The position numbers and the translations under genes are program-made. 64,000 nucleotides of DNA from an uncultured virus (IMG/VR IMGVR_UViG_3300042988_001938) (taxonomy: Duplodnaviria > Heunggongvirae > Uroviricota > Caudoviricetes). Below are positions 36,225 through 45,396 of the stretch, piece by piece. The notes below the pieces were generated by a model that saw nothing but the letters and a program-made list of their open reading frames with translations, was not told where the DNA came from and made no database searches. Each line of letters starts with the position of its first letter. The first letter of the stretch is position 1. The DNA lies in IMG/VR virus record IMGVR_UViG_3300042988_001938. One strand, given 5' to 3'.

Positions 36225-36303
36225 GTCTTCAAAATTTTATGCAATATAGCTATAATATTTTACAATATCAATTGTTTTTTTCTATTTATGAAAAAGTGCT
36301 TTT

Positions 36304-36558
36304 ATGGAGGGAATAGTTAAGAAAATCGTGAGGGAAGAATTCGAGAGTGTTTTGTCAAAAACATACTCTGAAGATGAAATTAGAGAAGCTATTAACAAAA
36401 AGCACTTTATTCATACAAAAGACGGCTCAGTTTATTCTCCAGTGATTCTTAAGAGGGGCTTTGTATTAGGTGTAAACAATGATTGTCAACACGTTGATAT
36501 ACCTCTTGAAGAGATAACGTTGGTCCAAAGCAGGGAAGGAAGATTTGGAATTAAATAA
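36304..36558 (+). CDS. putative virion head-associated protein
   Basis: N-terminal IVKKIVREEF; CTATTTAT upstream. Confidence 0.6.
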   Translation: MEGIVKKIVREEFESVLSKTYSEDEIREAINKKHFIHTKDGSVYSPVILKRGFVLGVNNDCQHVDIPLEEITLVQSREGRFGIK

Positions 36559-36660
36559 AAGTCAAAAAAATCTTTGATTTTTTTGACTTATTTTCACTAA
36601 AAACATTAGTGTTTATAAATTAAGGGCTCTATTTATAATAGAATTTACAGGATAAACAGC

Positions 36661-36951
36661 ATGTCAAAGGTAGATAAAAAAGTAAGATTTATAAAAGCGT
36701 GGTACATTAAGGAGTGTGCTAATCTTGACTTTAGCGATAGGCTAAAGCTTGCCAGAGTATGGATTGAAATCTGCCTGAAAGACGAAGAGTATGAAATGGC
36801 AGCAGCCATAAGGGAAGAGAAGAGAAACATAGTTAAAAAACACATAAAAGAAAAGAGAAGCCAAAGAAGCTTCTCTCAAAGGTTTGTAATATTTATGTTT
36901 CTTCTTAAGAGAAGGATTTCTTCTCTATTCAAAAGTAAGCAATCAAAGTAG
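36661..36951 (+). CDS. hypothetical protein with UVR-like motif
   Basis: EEYEMAAAIRE; CTATTTATA upstream. Confidence 0.65.
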   Translation: MSKVDKKVRFIKAWYIKECANLDFSDRLKLARVWIEICLKDEEYEMAAAIREEKRNIVKKHIKEKRSQRSFSQRFVIFMFLLKRRISSLFKSKQSK

Positions 36952-37264
36952 TTTTCTTAAGAGCTTGAGCCTTGTCAAGCGAGTCCTTTGTGCCCTTGCT
37001 GGACCCATCCCAAAATACCACAACCATATCACAATTTTCTATGATTGTTGTATTTCTGAGGAAACCAGCCTTCTTTCCAAATAGGTCCCACTGAGGAACA
37101 TAAATCTCTTTTTGTAGGCCTTTTTCATTGGCGTATTTCTCACCGAGAGAATCTGCACCTCTTGCACCTCCAGAAACTATAACAGTAATTGGATATAGGT
37201 CAAGAATTCTCTTGACCCTATTGTAGTCATCGAAGTTTCTTGAGCCAATTACTGCTACTTTCAT
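36929..37264 (-). CDS. SLOG-family (YspA/DUF2493-like) nucleotide-binding protein
   Basis: VIGSRNF, VSGGARGAD, AGFLRN, FWDGSSKGT. Confidence 0.85.
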   Translation of the reverse strand: MKVAVIGSRNFDDYNRVKRILDLYPITVIVSGGARGADSLGEKYANEKGLQKEIYVPQWDLFGKKAGFLRNTTIIENCDMVVVFWDGSSKGTKDSLDKAQALKKTTLIAYF

Positions 37265-37476
37265 TAGAATGCAATTATGAAGGCCCAGCAAATTAAGGCT
37301 ATAATAAAGAATTTTATAGGCTGAAAAGTTCGTTTAATACCTTTTAGTTTATCAAGAGTCTCTTGAATTGAGCCAGGATATTTTAAAGATGCGTTAAGTG
37401 CTACAAGACCAAGGATAGAACAAAAAACTGCAACTGGCCACGCAATTATGTGAAGGAAAAAAATCAGATTATCCAT
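37264..37476 (-). CDS. small membrane protein
   Basis: Two hydrophobic helices. Confidence 0.65.
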   Translation of the reverse strand: MDNLIFFLHIIAWPVAVFCSILGLVALNASLKYPGSIQETLDKLKGIKRTFQPIKFFIIALICWAFIIAF

Positions 37477-37682
37477 TATATTTTATTTAGTAGTGAATGT
37501 CCAAACCTCATCCAGGAAGACATCCCTTTGTCTCCCTGAAAATATTCAGTATTGCTATCTGCTCTAACAAACATAAGTAGTCCAACAATAGAGCAAGCTA
37601 AACAAAGACTTATCAGCATCCAGATTATTAGCAATAATCCAATTCCAATTTTAGCCATTTGTTCTGTATTTTGAAGAGTCAA
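37476..37682 (-). CDS. small membrane protein
   Basis: Hydrophobic N-terminal half. Confidence 0.6.
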   Translation of the reverse strand: MTLQNTEQMAKIGIGLLLIIWMLISLCLACSIVGLLMFVRADSNTEYFQGDKGMSSWMRFGHSLLNKI

Positions 37683-38526
37683 ACACTGGAATTGTTTCCA
37701 TCTTGTGTTTATTTGAAGAGTTAAATCTTCTGTATATTTTCAAAACCTCTATTTGACGCTCTGTAAGTGTTTGGTCATCGCTATCTACGTAGTAAGCTCC
37801 AACACCTTGCTCAACGTTTGTGTGGTCTTCAATCCAGTTCATTGCCCACTCAAGCTCATCGTATGTAGCTCCAATTTGGTCCTCATCAGTTCTTCCATCT
37901 GCATGAAGCCCGTCTGTTGGGGCTGCAGTAAGGATGTCATTTCCAACTCCAAGCTCTGCTCCAAGTGCATAAACTTCTGACTTCATTAAATCACCGATTG
38001 GAGAGATGTCAACACCACCATCACCGTACTTGGTATAGAATCCAATTCCGAAGTCCTCAACCTTGTTTCCAGTTCCAGCAACAAGCATTCGATACATTCC
38101 AGCGTGTTGGTAAAGGGTGACCATTCTAAGGCGTGAACGTGTATTTGCCATAGAGAAGTCATAATCCTCTTGCATAATCTGCCTTCCAAATGGTGGCTCT
38201 CCCTTAGAAAAATCCTCATATAGGATGTCATATGCATCTGTAAGGTCAATTTCTTTTGACTCTACATTTGGAAAACTTGCTTTAAGCCACTTAATGTGGT
38301 TCTTGGCTCTTGTAACCTGGTCTTGACCTTGGTGAATTGGCATTTCTAAAATTAGAAGTGGTAATCCTGTGCGTGCACATAGGGTCGAAACAACGGCAGA
38401 GTCAATACCGCCAGATACACCCATCACAAAACCTCTTTGCCCAGATTTTTGAGCGTATTCCTTAAGCCAACTAGAGATTCCATTAGCAAGTTCTGTGTAA
38501 TTTAAAGTTTTAACAACTGTTTCCAT
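37651..38526 (-). CDS. nadE: NH3-dependent NAD+ synthetase
   Basis: GVSGGIDSA, NTRSRLRM, GTGNKVE, FYTKYGDG, PTDGL; ATG start METVVK. Confidence 0.95.
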   Translation of the reverse strand: METVVKTLNYTELANGISSWLKEYAQKSGQRGFVMGVSGGIDSAVVSTLCARTGLPLLILEMPIHQGQDQVTRAKNHIKWLKASFPNVESKEIDLTDAYDILYEDFSKGEPPFGRQIMQEDYDFSMANTRSRLRMVTLYQHAGMYRMLVAGTGNKVEDFGIGFYTKYGDGGVDISPIGDLMKSEVYALGAELGVGNDILTAAPTDGLHADGRTDEDQIGATYDELEWAMNWIEDHTNVEQGVGAYYVDSDDQTLTERQIEVLKIYRRFNSSNKHKMETIPVFDSSKYRTNG

Positions 38527-38530
38527 TTTC

Positions 38531-39151
38531 TTAATTATTAAAGAGATTGTTTTTCTTAATGTGTTCGATGACCTTATCTGGAACCAAGAATCTAAATGAT
38601 AGATTGTTCTTGATACATTTTCTGATATATGTAGCAGATACATCAACCTGAGGCACATCTGTTAGATAGATAGATACTGAGTGAGCCTTTTCTGTTAGCT
38701 CCCACTTCTTATCCTTTTCAGATAGTGTTCGAGGATATACGATTATGTCGTGATTATCCAACACTTCTTCACTTTTCTTCCAATAGTTTCCCATTTTTCT
38801 CTGGGTATCAGTTCCAGCTACAATTGAAAAATGGGTATCTGGATTCTGATTTCTAAGTAAGCGCAAGGTATCTGCTGTGTATGATGGTCTTGGCATATTA
38901 AACTCCGCATCACATACAAAGAACCCATCTCTACCCTCAATTGCAATCTTAGCCATCTCAAGCCTGTGATTTGCATCCTCAAGCTCACCAGTCTTTCTCT
39001 TTGCTGGGTTTTCTGGAGATACGACAAACCAAATTTCATCAATATCTGTCTGAGATAGAGCTGTCTCGGCAACAATCAAGTGACCAACGTGAATTGGATT
39101 GAATGAACCGAAAAACAATCCAACTTTTTTATTCAGAAGCTTCATTTGCAT
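38531..39151 (-). CDS. nadD: nicotinate-nucleotide adenylyltransferase
   Basis: FFGSFNPIHVGH, VSPENP, PSYTADTL, VSATYIR. Confidence 0.95.
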   Translation of the reverse strand: MQMKLLNKKVGLFFGSFNPIHVGHLIVAETALSQTDIDEIWFVVSPENPAKRKTGELEDANHRLEMAKIAIEGRDGFFVCDAEFNMPRPSYTADTLRLLRNQNPDTHFSIVAGTDTQRKMGNYWKKSEEVLDNHDIIVYPRTLSEKDKKWELTEKAHSVSIYLTDVPQVDVSATYIRKCIKNNLSFRFLVPDKVIEHIKKNNLFNN

Positions 39152-39791
39152 CGCTATTCATTTTTTCCATTAATTCCTGGTAGTACTTAAGACCCATTTC
39201 AACTCTGTCACCATTTCTTAAGTGCCAAAGAGCATTTGCTCCAATAATTGTCTTAGCATCAACTATTTCACCACTTCCAAACATCTTAAAGAATTCTGGA
39301 GCCTTAATATTGTGAATCTCAATGTTTTCGTGCTCACCTTCAACACCGCCACCATTAGAAACTTTATCTTCATTTGATACACTGGCAGCGAATAGATGAA
39401 TAATCTCCGTTGAATATCCTGGAGAAGCAAAGAAGCTACTTCTGTATAGAAGGTTTTCTCCTTTGATTCGGTATCCAATTTCCTCCTCAACTTCACGGAT
39501 TGCGGTTTGATTTGGCTCCTCTCCTTCATCCATTTTCCCAGCAACGATTTCGTATATGTCACCATTAACCTTACCCAGTGTTGGGTATCTGTGTTGCTTA
39601 ACTAGAATTACTGTATCTTCATCTGAATTGTAAACGATTACAGCTACAGCATTTGGTCGCACAACTTTTGAGCGTTGAAAAGATGCCTCTTCTCCATTTT
39701 CACCTATTTCTTTAACTACAGCTTCATCTATTTTGATGTAACCGTCATAAACTCTTTTTTCAGAGGCTATTTCAATTTTCACTTTGCTCAT
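39129..39791 (-). CDS. Nudix hydrolase (ADP-ribose pyrophosphatase-like)
   Basis: Nudix box AGKMDEGEEPNQTAIREVEEEIGY, SPG, E.E.I, DAKT. Confidence 0.9.
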   Translation of the reverse strand: MSKVKIEIASEKRVYDGYIKIDEAVVKEIGENGEEASFQRSKVVRPNAVAVIVYNSDEDTVILVKQHRYPTLGKVNGDIYEIVAGKMDEGEEPNQTAIREVEEEIGYRIKGENLLYRSSFFASPGYSTEIIHLFAASVSNEDKVSNGGGVEGEHENIEIHNIKAPEFFKMFGSGEIVDAKTIIGANALWHLRNGDRVEMGLKYYQELMEKMNSDANEASE

Positions 39792-40197
39792 GTTCTAATC
39801 TTTGTTTAATTTCTTCTTCAATTTCTAATTTAGCTCCAACACCAAGCGGTCTCTTATTACCCTCATCGTCTATTCGGACAAATATTACTTTTGTCTGGCA
39901 AACAAGTTTTTCCTCTTTGGTGTAAACGTTGTATTTTCTTGCCTCCATCTTAAGAACTATGGATGTATTTCCAATACTCTCAACTTCACCGTAAATCCAT
40001 ACTTGTTGATTTTCCTTAACCTTTCGTACAAACTTAATAGTTTCTATCTCAGCTGTAACCATTTTGTTTGATTGACATAGACGTGTAGCTTCAATCGCTG
40101 CGGCCTTATCAAGCCATGACATCATAGCCCCTCCAAATAAGTTTCCATGTACTCCAAGGTCTTTTGCTAAACACAATTCTCTAGTTATAAGTTTCAT
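39772..40197 (-). CDS. hotdog-fold acyl-CoA thioesterase
   Basis: HGNLFGG.MM.W.D.AA, VTA, GNTS. Confidence 0.88.
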   Translation of the reverse strand: MKLITRELCLAKDLGVHGNLFGGAMMSWLDKAAAIEATRLCQSNKMVTAEIETIKFVRKVKENQQVWIYGEVESIGNTSIVLKMEARKYNVYTKEEKLVCQTKVIFVRIDDEGNKRPLGVGAKLEIEEEIKQRLEHEQSEN

Positions 40198-40229
40198 TTG
40201 CTGCTATATTTACAGCAAATTTATATACT

Positions 40230-41459
40230 TTATTGAACTTCTGCAAGTTTTTCTGAATTTTGTAATCTCAAAGTTCTCTTACAAAGGTCGATTTCATCTG
40301 GAGTACCAGTATGCTTACCTGGATTATCACTAAGTTTAACAGTATCAACCCAAACATCACCAATAAGAACTTGAGTAATCTTGATTACAATGTTAAGCGG
40401 CTTAACGCCTACATCATTTGTCAAGTTAGTTCCAATACCAAATGAAGTTCTAATCTTTGAGTCAGCGAAATTGATTCCAAGCTTATTGCAGTACTTGTAG
40501 ATTTCTACAGCAAGTTCTGGATTCAGTCCATCTGAAAATACTATTGTCTTGGTTGATGGGTCGATGCCTAGTTTCTTGTAGTGAGCAACAACCTTGTCTG
40601 CGAATTCGAATGGGTCTCCAGAATCATGTCGAACACCATCAAATAGTTTTGCAAATTTTTTATCAAAGACTCTGAAGAAGTCTTCGGTTGTAAATGTGTC
40701 TGATAGGGCAATTCCAAGGTCTCCCTCATACACTTGAACCCAGTTCTCAAGAGCTCTAAAGTTTGCTCTTGTGTATCCATACTCTACTGCATGGAACATG
40801 AACCACTCGTGAGCGTGAGTTCCAATTGGAGTAAGTCCAAGCTCCATTGCGATAAACACATTTGATGTACCCACAAGGAACTTGTCACTTCCGAAGCACG
40901 ACTTCAAGTCAGTCACAACTTCCAGCTGATTATCAAATGAGTAGCGTCTTCTAGTTCCAAAGTCGGCAACCTTAAGACTGTTTTGATAGAAAAGTTTACC
41001 CTTTTCAATGTTTTTATTTTCTCTAACATTTCTTTGCTCAATTTCCTGGCCAGTCATTTCAAAGTATAACTCGGAGATAAGCGCCATAAGTGGGACCTCC
41101 CAAAGAACTGTTCGATACCAATATCCCTGAATGGTTACGGTTAGTTCACCGCCATTTTGTGTAACACCAACCTCTGAGGAGTCGAATTTATATCCACGAA
41201 GAAACTCAACGAAAGCTCTCTTGAAGAATGGGAGCTTGTATAGAAATGACTCTTCCTTCTCCGTGAGGGATAATTCCTCCATTTTTTTTAATTCCTGTCT
41301 GAGTCTTGAGTCAAATCCAATTGGGAACTGAGTCTTACCTCGGTTGATAAACAGATACCTTACAATTCTGTTTGGAAACAAAAACATAATTGCTTGCATC
41401 ATTGTTAGCTTATAGAGGTCTGTATCCAAAATCGACCTAATCATTCCTTTATTATTCAT
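40230..41459 (-). CDS. pncB: nicotinate phosphoribosyltransferase
   Basis: LDTDLYKLTM, DFGTRRR, GTSNV, GTHAHEW, RHDSGDP, FSDGL, FGIGT, KLSD. Confidence 0.95.
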   Translation of the reverse strand: MNNKGMIRSILDTDLYKLTMMQAIMFLFPNRIVRYLFINRGKTQFPIGFDSRLRQELKKMEELSLTEKEESFLYKLPFFKRAFVEFLRGYKFDSSEVGVTQNGGELTVTIQGYWYRTVLWEVPLMALISELYFEMTGQEIEQRNVRENKNIEKGKLFYQNSLKVADFGTRRRYSFDNQLEVVTDLKSCFGSDKFLVGTSNVFIAMELGLTPIGTHAHEWFMFHAVEYGYTRANFRALENWVQVYEGDLGIALSDTFTTEDFFRVFDKKFAKLFDGVRHDSGDPFEFADKVVAHYKKLGIDPSTKTIVFSDGLNPELAVEIYKYCNKLGINFADSKIRTSFGIGTNLTNDVGVKPLNIVIKITQVLIGDVWVDTVKLSDNPGKHTGTPDEIDLCKRTLRLQNSEKLAEVQ

Positions 41460-41482
41460 GGTAAAAATTTACTTACACCTTC

Positions 41483-41511
41483 TTATACGACAAACACTAA
41501 AAAATGTTTCA
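41483..41511 (-). promoter_or_regulatory. ECF-type promoter of the pncB operon
   Basis: TGAAACATTTTT...GTCGTATAA. Confidence 0.65.
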
Positions 41512-41521
41512 GACAGTAGAA

Positions 41522-41893
41522 TTAAATTTCTAAATAGAAATCCTTGTAGAAATATCGTGTACCATCGCTGTACCACCCACCACCTTCGCTTATCTTGCAG
41601 TTCTCACTTCTCAATTTAATGCCAGATTCATTAAGAATATCATTAAGACTTTTGCACCCAATATATCTAATCTCCATCCCTCTGGATAGAGCTTGTTCGT
41701 TTCTCTTATTATCAAGCATGTATGGGTGTTCGATTTGTCCGTCAAAAATTTTAGACATATGTGCCACCCCTCTTATAAAGCTCTTAATTCGCTTGTTATC
41801 TGCAGGTAATTTTAACTTATACTCCTTGCTTGTCTCTAAGCTAAAGTCTTTTGCAATCTCGGTTACAAAGTCTATATATGACAACTCTTTCAT
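41522..41893 (-). CDS. hypothetical protein
   Basis: ECF-type promoter 41910-41938 upstream. Confidence 0.75.
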   Translation of the reverse strand: MKELSYIDFVTEIAKDFSLETSKEYKLKLPADNKRIKSFIRGVAHMSKIFDGQIEHPYMLDNKRNEQALSRGMEIRYIGCKSLNDILNESGIKLRSENCKISEGGGWYSDGTRYFYKDFYLEI

Positions 41894-41993
41894 TAGAAGA
41901 TTTTAAAACTTATACGAACAAAGAAAAAAAATGTTTACTTGGTGTTAAACATTTTTGTATTTTTGACGTAAAATATAATATTTATATACAAAT

Positions 41994-42440
41994 ATGTTTT
42001 ATCTTACACTCATTCTATTTTGGTCAATAATTGTTATGTTGACGCTTGTCATAGTCTCGGCTGCATTAATTGAAGTATTCGGAAAAAAGAAGGGATATAA
42101 AGTTTTCTTTGATGACCTAAGAACTGTAGATATGGTGTATGACTCAAGCATGGAATCTGAGTTCATTGTTGTTAGAAACGTAAAAGATTTTAAGAAACTT
42201 ATTCAGGAAAAGGGAATTCCAGATTTTGTAAGTTTTGACCACGACCTTGGAGAGGATGAGTTTGGGAATATAGCTGAAGATGTATATGATGCTGTTAAAT
42301 GGATGGTATACGTTAAGGAATATGACCTAAGAAAAATGGACTTCGTTGTTCACTCTGACAATCCAGTGGGAGCAAAAAACATTGAATCGCTTATTAACAA
42401 CTGGAACAGGGAATTAGATAGAAGAGATGGAAAATTATAA
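41994..42440 (+). CDS. cyclic-phosphate-processing receiver-domain protein with N-terminal TM
   Basis: FFDDLR, SFDHDLG, HSDNPVG. Confidence 0.75.
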   Translation: MFYLTLILFWSIIVMLTLVIVSAALIEVFGKKKGYKVFFDDLRTVDMVYDSSMESEFIVVRNVKDFKKLIQEKGIPDFVSFDHDLGEDEFGNIAEDVYDAVKWMVYVKEYDLRKMDFVVHSDNPVGAKNIESLINNWNRELDRRDGKL

Positions 42441-43848
42441 CATTAGAAAAAAAATAAGAAACATACTTAAGGAGATGTTTATACAGGAAGAAATTGGAGA
42501 ATCCCAAAAGAGCAGACTATTGTCAATTCTGAACTCTCTTGAGTTTAAAGATGATGTTATTGCTGCTGGAGGTGATATTTACGCTGTTGGAGGGATTGTT
42601 CGTGATGCTGTTATGGGAACTACAAGTGATGACTTGGACATTGTTGTCAGAGGCGTTCCATATGATAAGCTATTTGCTATACTTTCAAAGTACGGAAAAC
42701 CGACTGATACATCACACGTTGACGAAAATGGAAAGAAAGATTTCGGCTCCACAAAGTTTGTTTCATCGAATCAAGACTTCAATAAGTTCCTGGCATCGAA
42801 TGGTGTTGCAAGGGATATTGATGTAATGCTTCCTCGTAAGGATGCTAAGGACCCGAATGTAAAAGGACACAAGGGTATACAGTCAGATGTTAATCCGATG
42901 TACACAATTCAAGATGACTTAGATAGACGTGATATTACAATCAACGCTATTGCCATGGACTTAAATGGGAATCTGATTGCAAATGGAACTGGTCTTGAGG
43001 ATATAAAAAATGGTGTGATTAAGGCTGTTAATGAAGATGCGTTTATAGAGGACCCATTAAGAATGCTTCGTGCAGTTAGGTTTGCAGCACGATACAATTA
43101 CAACTGGGACCCAGTAACTGTAAAACTAATTAAGGGTAATGCACCAATGCTTGCAGACAAGGCTGAATTACCAAAGGAGAGATTCCTTATGGAGTTTAAG
43201 AAAATGATTGGTAAATCTGACCTTGGAAGGGCTGTAAAGGCTCTTGTTGACTTTGGCATGTATGAGCCAATATTTGGAGTAAGTCCTAAGATAGGAGACT
43301 ACAGTAAGTTTGACAAGGCTAATTCTATTGGAGAGTTTGCGTACATGATGTTTGAGAATGAGCCAGAAAATACAATCGTAAACCTGGTTAACAGCAACAT
43401 AACAAATGACAACTCAACCCTAAGCTATGTTAAAGCTCTTGTAGATTACAACAAAATGTCTGCTGGCTCTCCTAGGGGAATTATGTCTAAGATGATGCCC
43501 CCAAACATTAAAATAGGTCAACTGGCTGGCTTGTATAAATTATCTCCAGAGGCCATGATGAACTCATCTTACATTCAAGGTGTTGATAAGGGTATAATTG
43601 AAAAATTTGTATCTGGAGCACTTCCTAAGAGTGAGAATGAAATCGAGCTAAAGGGTGATGAATTCAAGAACTTCATTATTGATATGATTACCAATAGGGA
43701 AGGTGACTTCAACATCAAGAGAGATGGCGTTAAGATGGGTAAGGCAAAAAGAATGGTCGTAGATGCAATCTATAACGAACAAGTTCCAAACACTTCTGGT
43801 GCGATTAAGAAGTACTTAATTGCTAACGCAGATAAATGGATGTTATAA
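42427..43848 (+). CDS. cca: CCA-adding tRNA nucleotidyltransferase / poly(A) polymerase family
   Basis: VGG.VRD, DLDI, DL.RRDITINA, EDPLRMLRAVRFAAR, ERF..E. Confidence 0.9.
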   Translation: MENYNIRKKIRNILKEMFIQEEIGESQKSRLLSILNSLEFKDDVIAAGGDIYAVGGIVRDAVMGTTSDDLDIVVRGVPYDKLFAILSKYGKPTDTSHVDENGKKDFGSTKFVSSNQDFNKFLASNGVARDIDVMLPRKDAKDPNVKGHKGIQSDVNPMYTIQDDLDRRDITINAIAMDLNGNLIANGTGLEDIKNGVIKAVNEDAFIEDPLRMLRAVRFAARYNYNWDPVTVKLIKGNAPMLADKAELPKERFLMEFKKMIGKSDLGRAVKALVDFGMYEPIFGVSPKIGDYSKFDKANSIGEFAYMMFENEPENTIVNLVNSNITNDNSTLSYVKALVDYNKMSAGSPRGIMSKMMPPNIKIGQLAGLYKLSPEAMMNSSYIQGVDKGIIEKFVSGALPKSENEIELKGDEFKNFIIDMITNREGDFNIKRDGVKMGKAKRMVVDAIYNEQVPNTSGAIKKYLIANADKWML

Positions 43849-44364
43849 TTCGATTGAAAATTCCTCTGTAACTGCAAATGCTGGAGTAACAGAGTCGCTT
43901 AGGCCATATCCAAGGTCATTGAATTCATACCACTCTACAGCATTTGAGTAGTAGCTTTCGTATTCTTCATCTATTTCCATGCCATCTTCTTCGTATTGTT
44001 TTGCGAGGTCTTCAAGGTATTTTTCCTTGTCGTATAGAAGCGATGCCTTATCGTCAAATGTTACATATCCAATTATACCAATATTCATTTGTGGCATTGG
44101 GAAAACTGGTGTTGAACTTGCTTGGTTTGCTAGTCTTTCAGCCTCCTCTGGGTCTCTTACTATAAAGGTATTGACACCTAGATATAGAGGTATAAAATGG
44201 CAACCAAATCTTTCTGCATATCCTATTAGTTTATCATGATTCTGGTCATCAAATTCAATGCATGGGTCAATTTCCAATAGGCGTTCTCTAACTTCGTCAG
44301 CAAGCTCTTTATTCATAGTTAAAAATTTTACATCAAAATTACTTAACTTTTTTTTCTTGTGCAA
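43843..44364 (-). CDS. hypothetical protein (domain shared with 14453..14917)
   Basis: IIG...LYDKEK...AVEWYEFN. Confidence 0.7.
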   Translation of the reverse strand: MHKKKKLSNFDVKFLTMNKELADEVRERLLEIDPCIEFDDQNHDKLIGYAERFGCHFIPLYLGVNTFIVRDPEEAERLANQASSTPVFPMPQMNIGIIGYVTFDDKASLLYDKEKYLEDLAKQYEEDGMEIDEEYESYYSNAVEWYEFNDLGYGLSDSVTPAFAVTEEFSIEL

Positions 44365-44422
44365 GAAAAGTGCTAAAATTGCATTTTTTTGTCTATTTAT
44401 TAGAAAGCGTCTATTAACAGTT

Positions 44423-44818
44423 ATGGATAAGAAGGTAATAAATGAATCTCAATTCAGAAAATTAGTAATTAGCGAAGCTAAGAAAATAATGATTTCAGAG
44501 GGTGAGGATAAAGCATCAGCTGAAAATTCTGAATTTAAGTCAAAAAGAAAGGTAACCTTTGAGGGTATTGAGTCTCTTATTGATAAAATGCAGGGAATGA
44601 ATAAGTCGATAGCATCAATTATCGAAGAGGAAAGTGTTAACAGTTCTGGAGAACTTATTGAAGGTCAGCAAACTGAAACTTGGGTGCCTAAACAAGAGAG
44701 GGACTTGAATCCGATTGAACACAATAAGAAAAAGAATATCATGCATGTTAATGAAGGCGAGAAGGATAAGTGGAACAGGATGCTCAACTACAAAATCCCT
44801 TCAGATGATGAAAGATAA
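44423..44818 (+). CDS. putative virion head-associated protein
   Basis: MDKKVINESQFRKLVISE; CTATTTAT upstream. Confidence 0.65.
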   Translation: MDKKVINESQFRKLVISEAKKIMISEGEDKASAENSEFKSKRKVTFEGIESLIDKMQGMNKSIASIIEEESVNSSGELIEGQQTETWVPKQERDLNPIEHNKKKNIMHVNEGEKDKWNRMLNYKIPSDDER

Positions 44819-44894
44819 ATAACACAACAATATGAAATTGCCTCAGCATTATGCTGGGGCTTTTTTTTTGTCACTTTTTTGCTTACATTTAACC

Positions 44895-45362
44895 ATGAGT
44901 GATATAGTTAAAGGAGAATATGACTTCAAAAAAGACCTCCAGAAAGGTATAGATGGGGAGGAGGTTATAATTAGGTATATGCAAAATCTTGGATTTACAT
45001 TTATAGATAGATGTAATGATAACAGGTATGATTTTTCTATGATGTATAATGACAAAGTATATACCTACGAACTCAAAACAGACATGTATTGCAGCAAAGG
45101 CAACGATACAGGAAATATAGCAATAGAAGTTGAGAGCAGGGGTCGTCCGTCTGGAATATCAGTGACTCATTCTGATTTTTTCGTTACATACTTCCCACAC
45201 CTGGGAGAGATATGGAGTATATCTACCAACAATCTAAGAAAATTGATTACAGAACAAAATTTACCTTTAAAAGAAGGTAAGGGGGACCCAGGTAGTAACA
45301 CTAAGTTTTATCTGGTTAAGAGAGAAAAGTTCAAACAAAACTTCAAGGTTCACTACATATAA
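44895..45362 (+). CDS. PD-(D/E)XK nuclease-like protein
   Basis: G..GE, YD, YELKTD, TGNIAIE, PSGI..T.SD. Confidence 0.7.
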   Translation: MSDIVKGEYDFKKDLQKGIDGEEVIIRYMQNLGFTFIDRCNDNRYDFSMMYNDKVYTYELKTDMYCSKGNDTGNIAIEVESRGRPSGISVTHSDFFVTYFPHLGEIWSISTNNLRKLITEQNLPLKEGKGDPGSNTKFYLVKREKFKQNFKVHYI

Positions 45363-45396
45363 TCAAACTTTATCTTTTCGAAACTATTTATAACAA

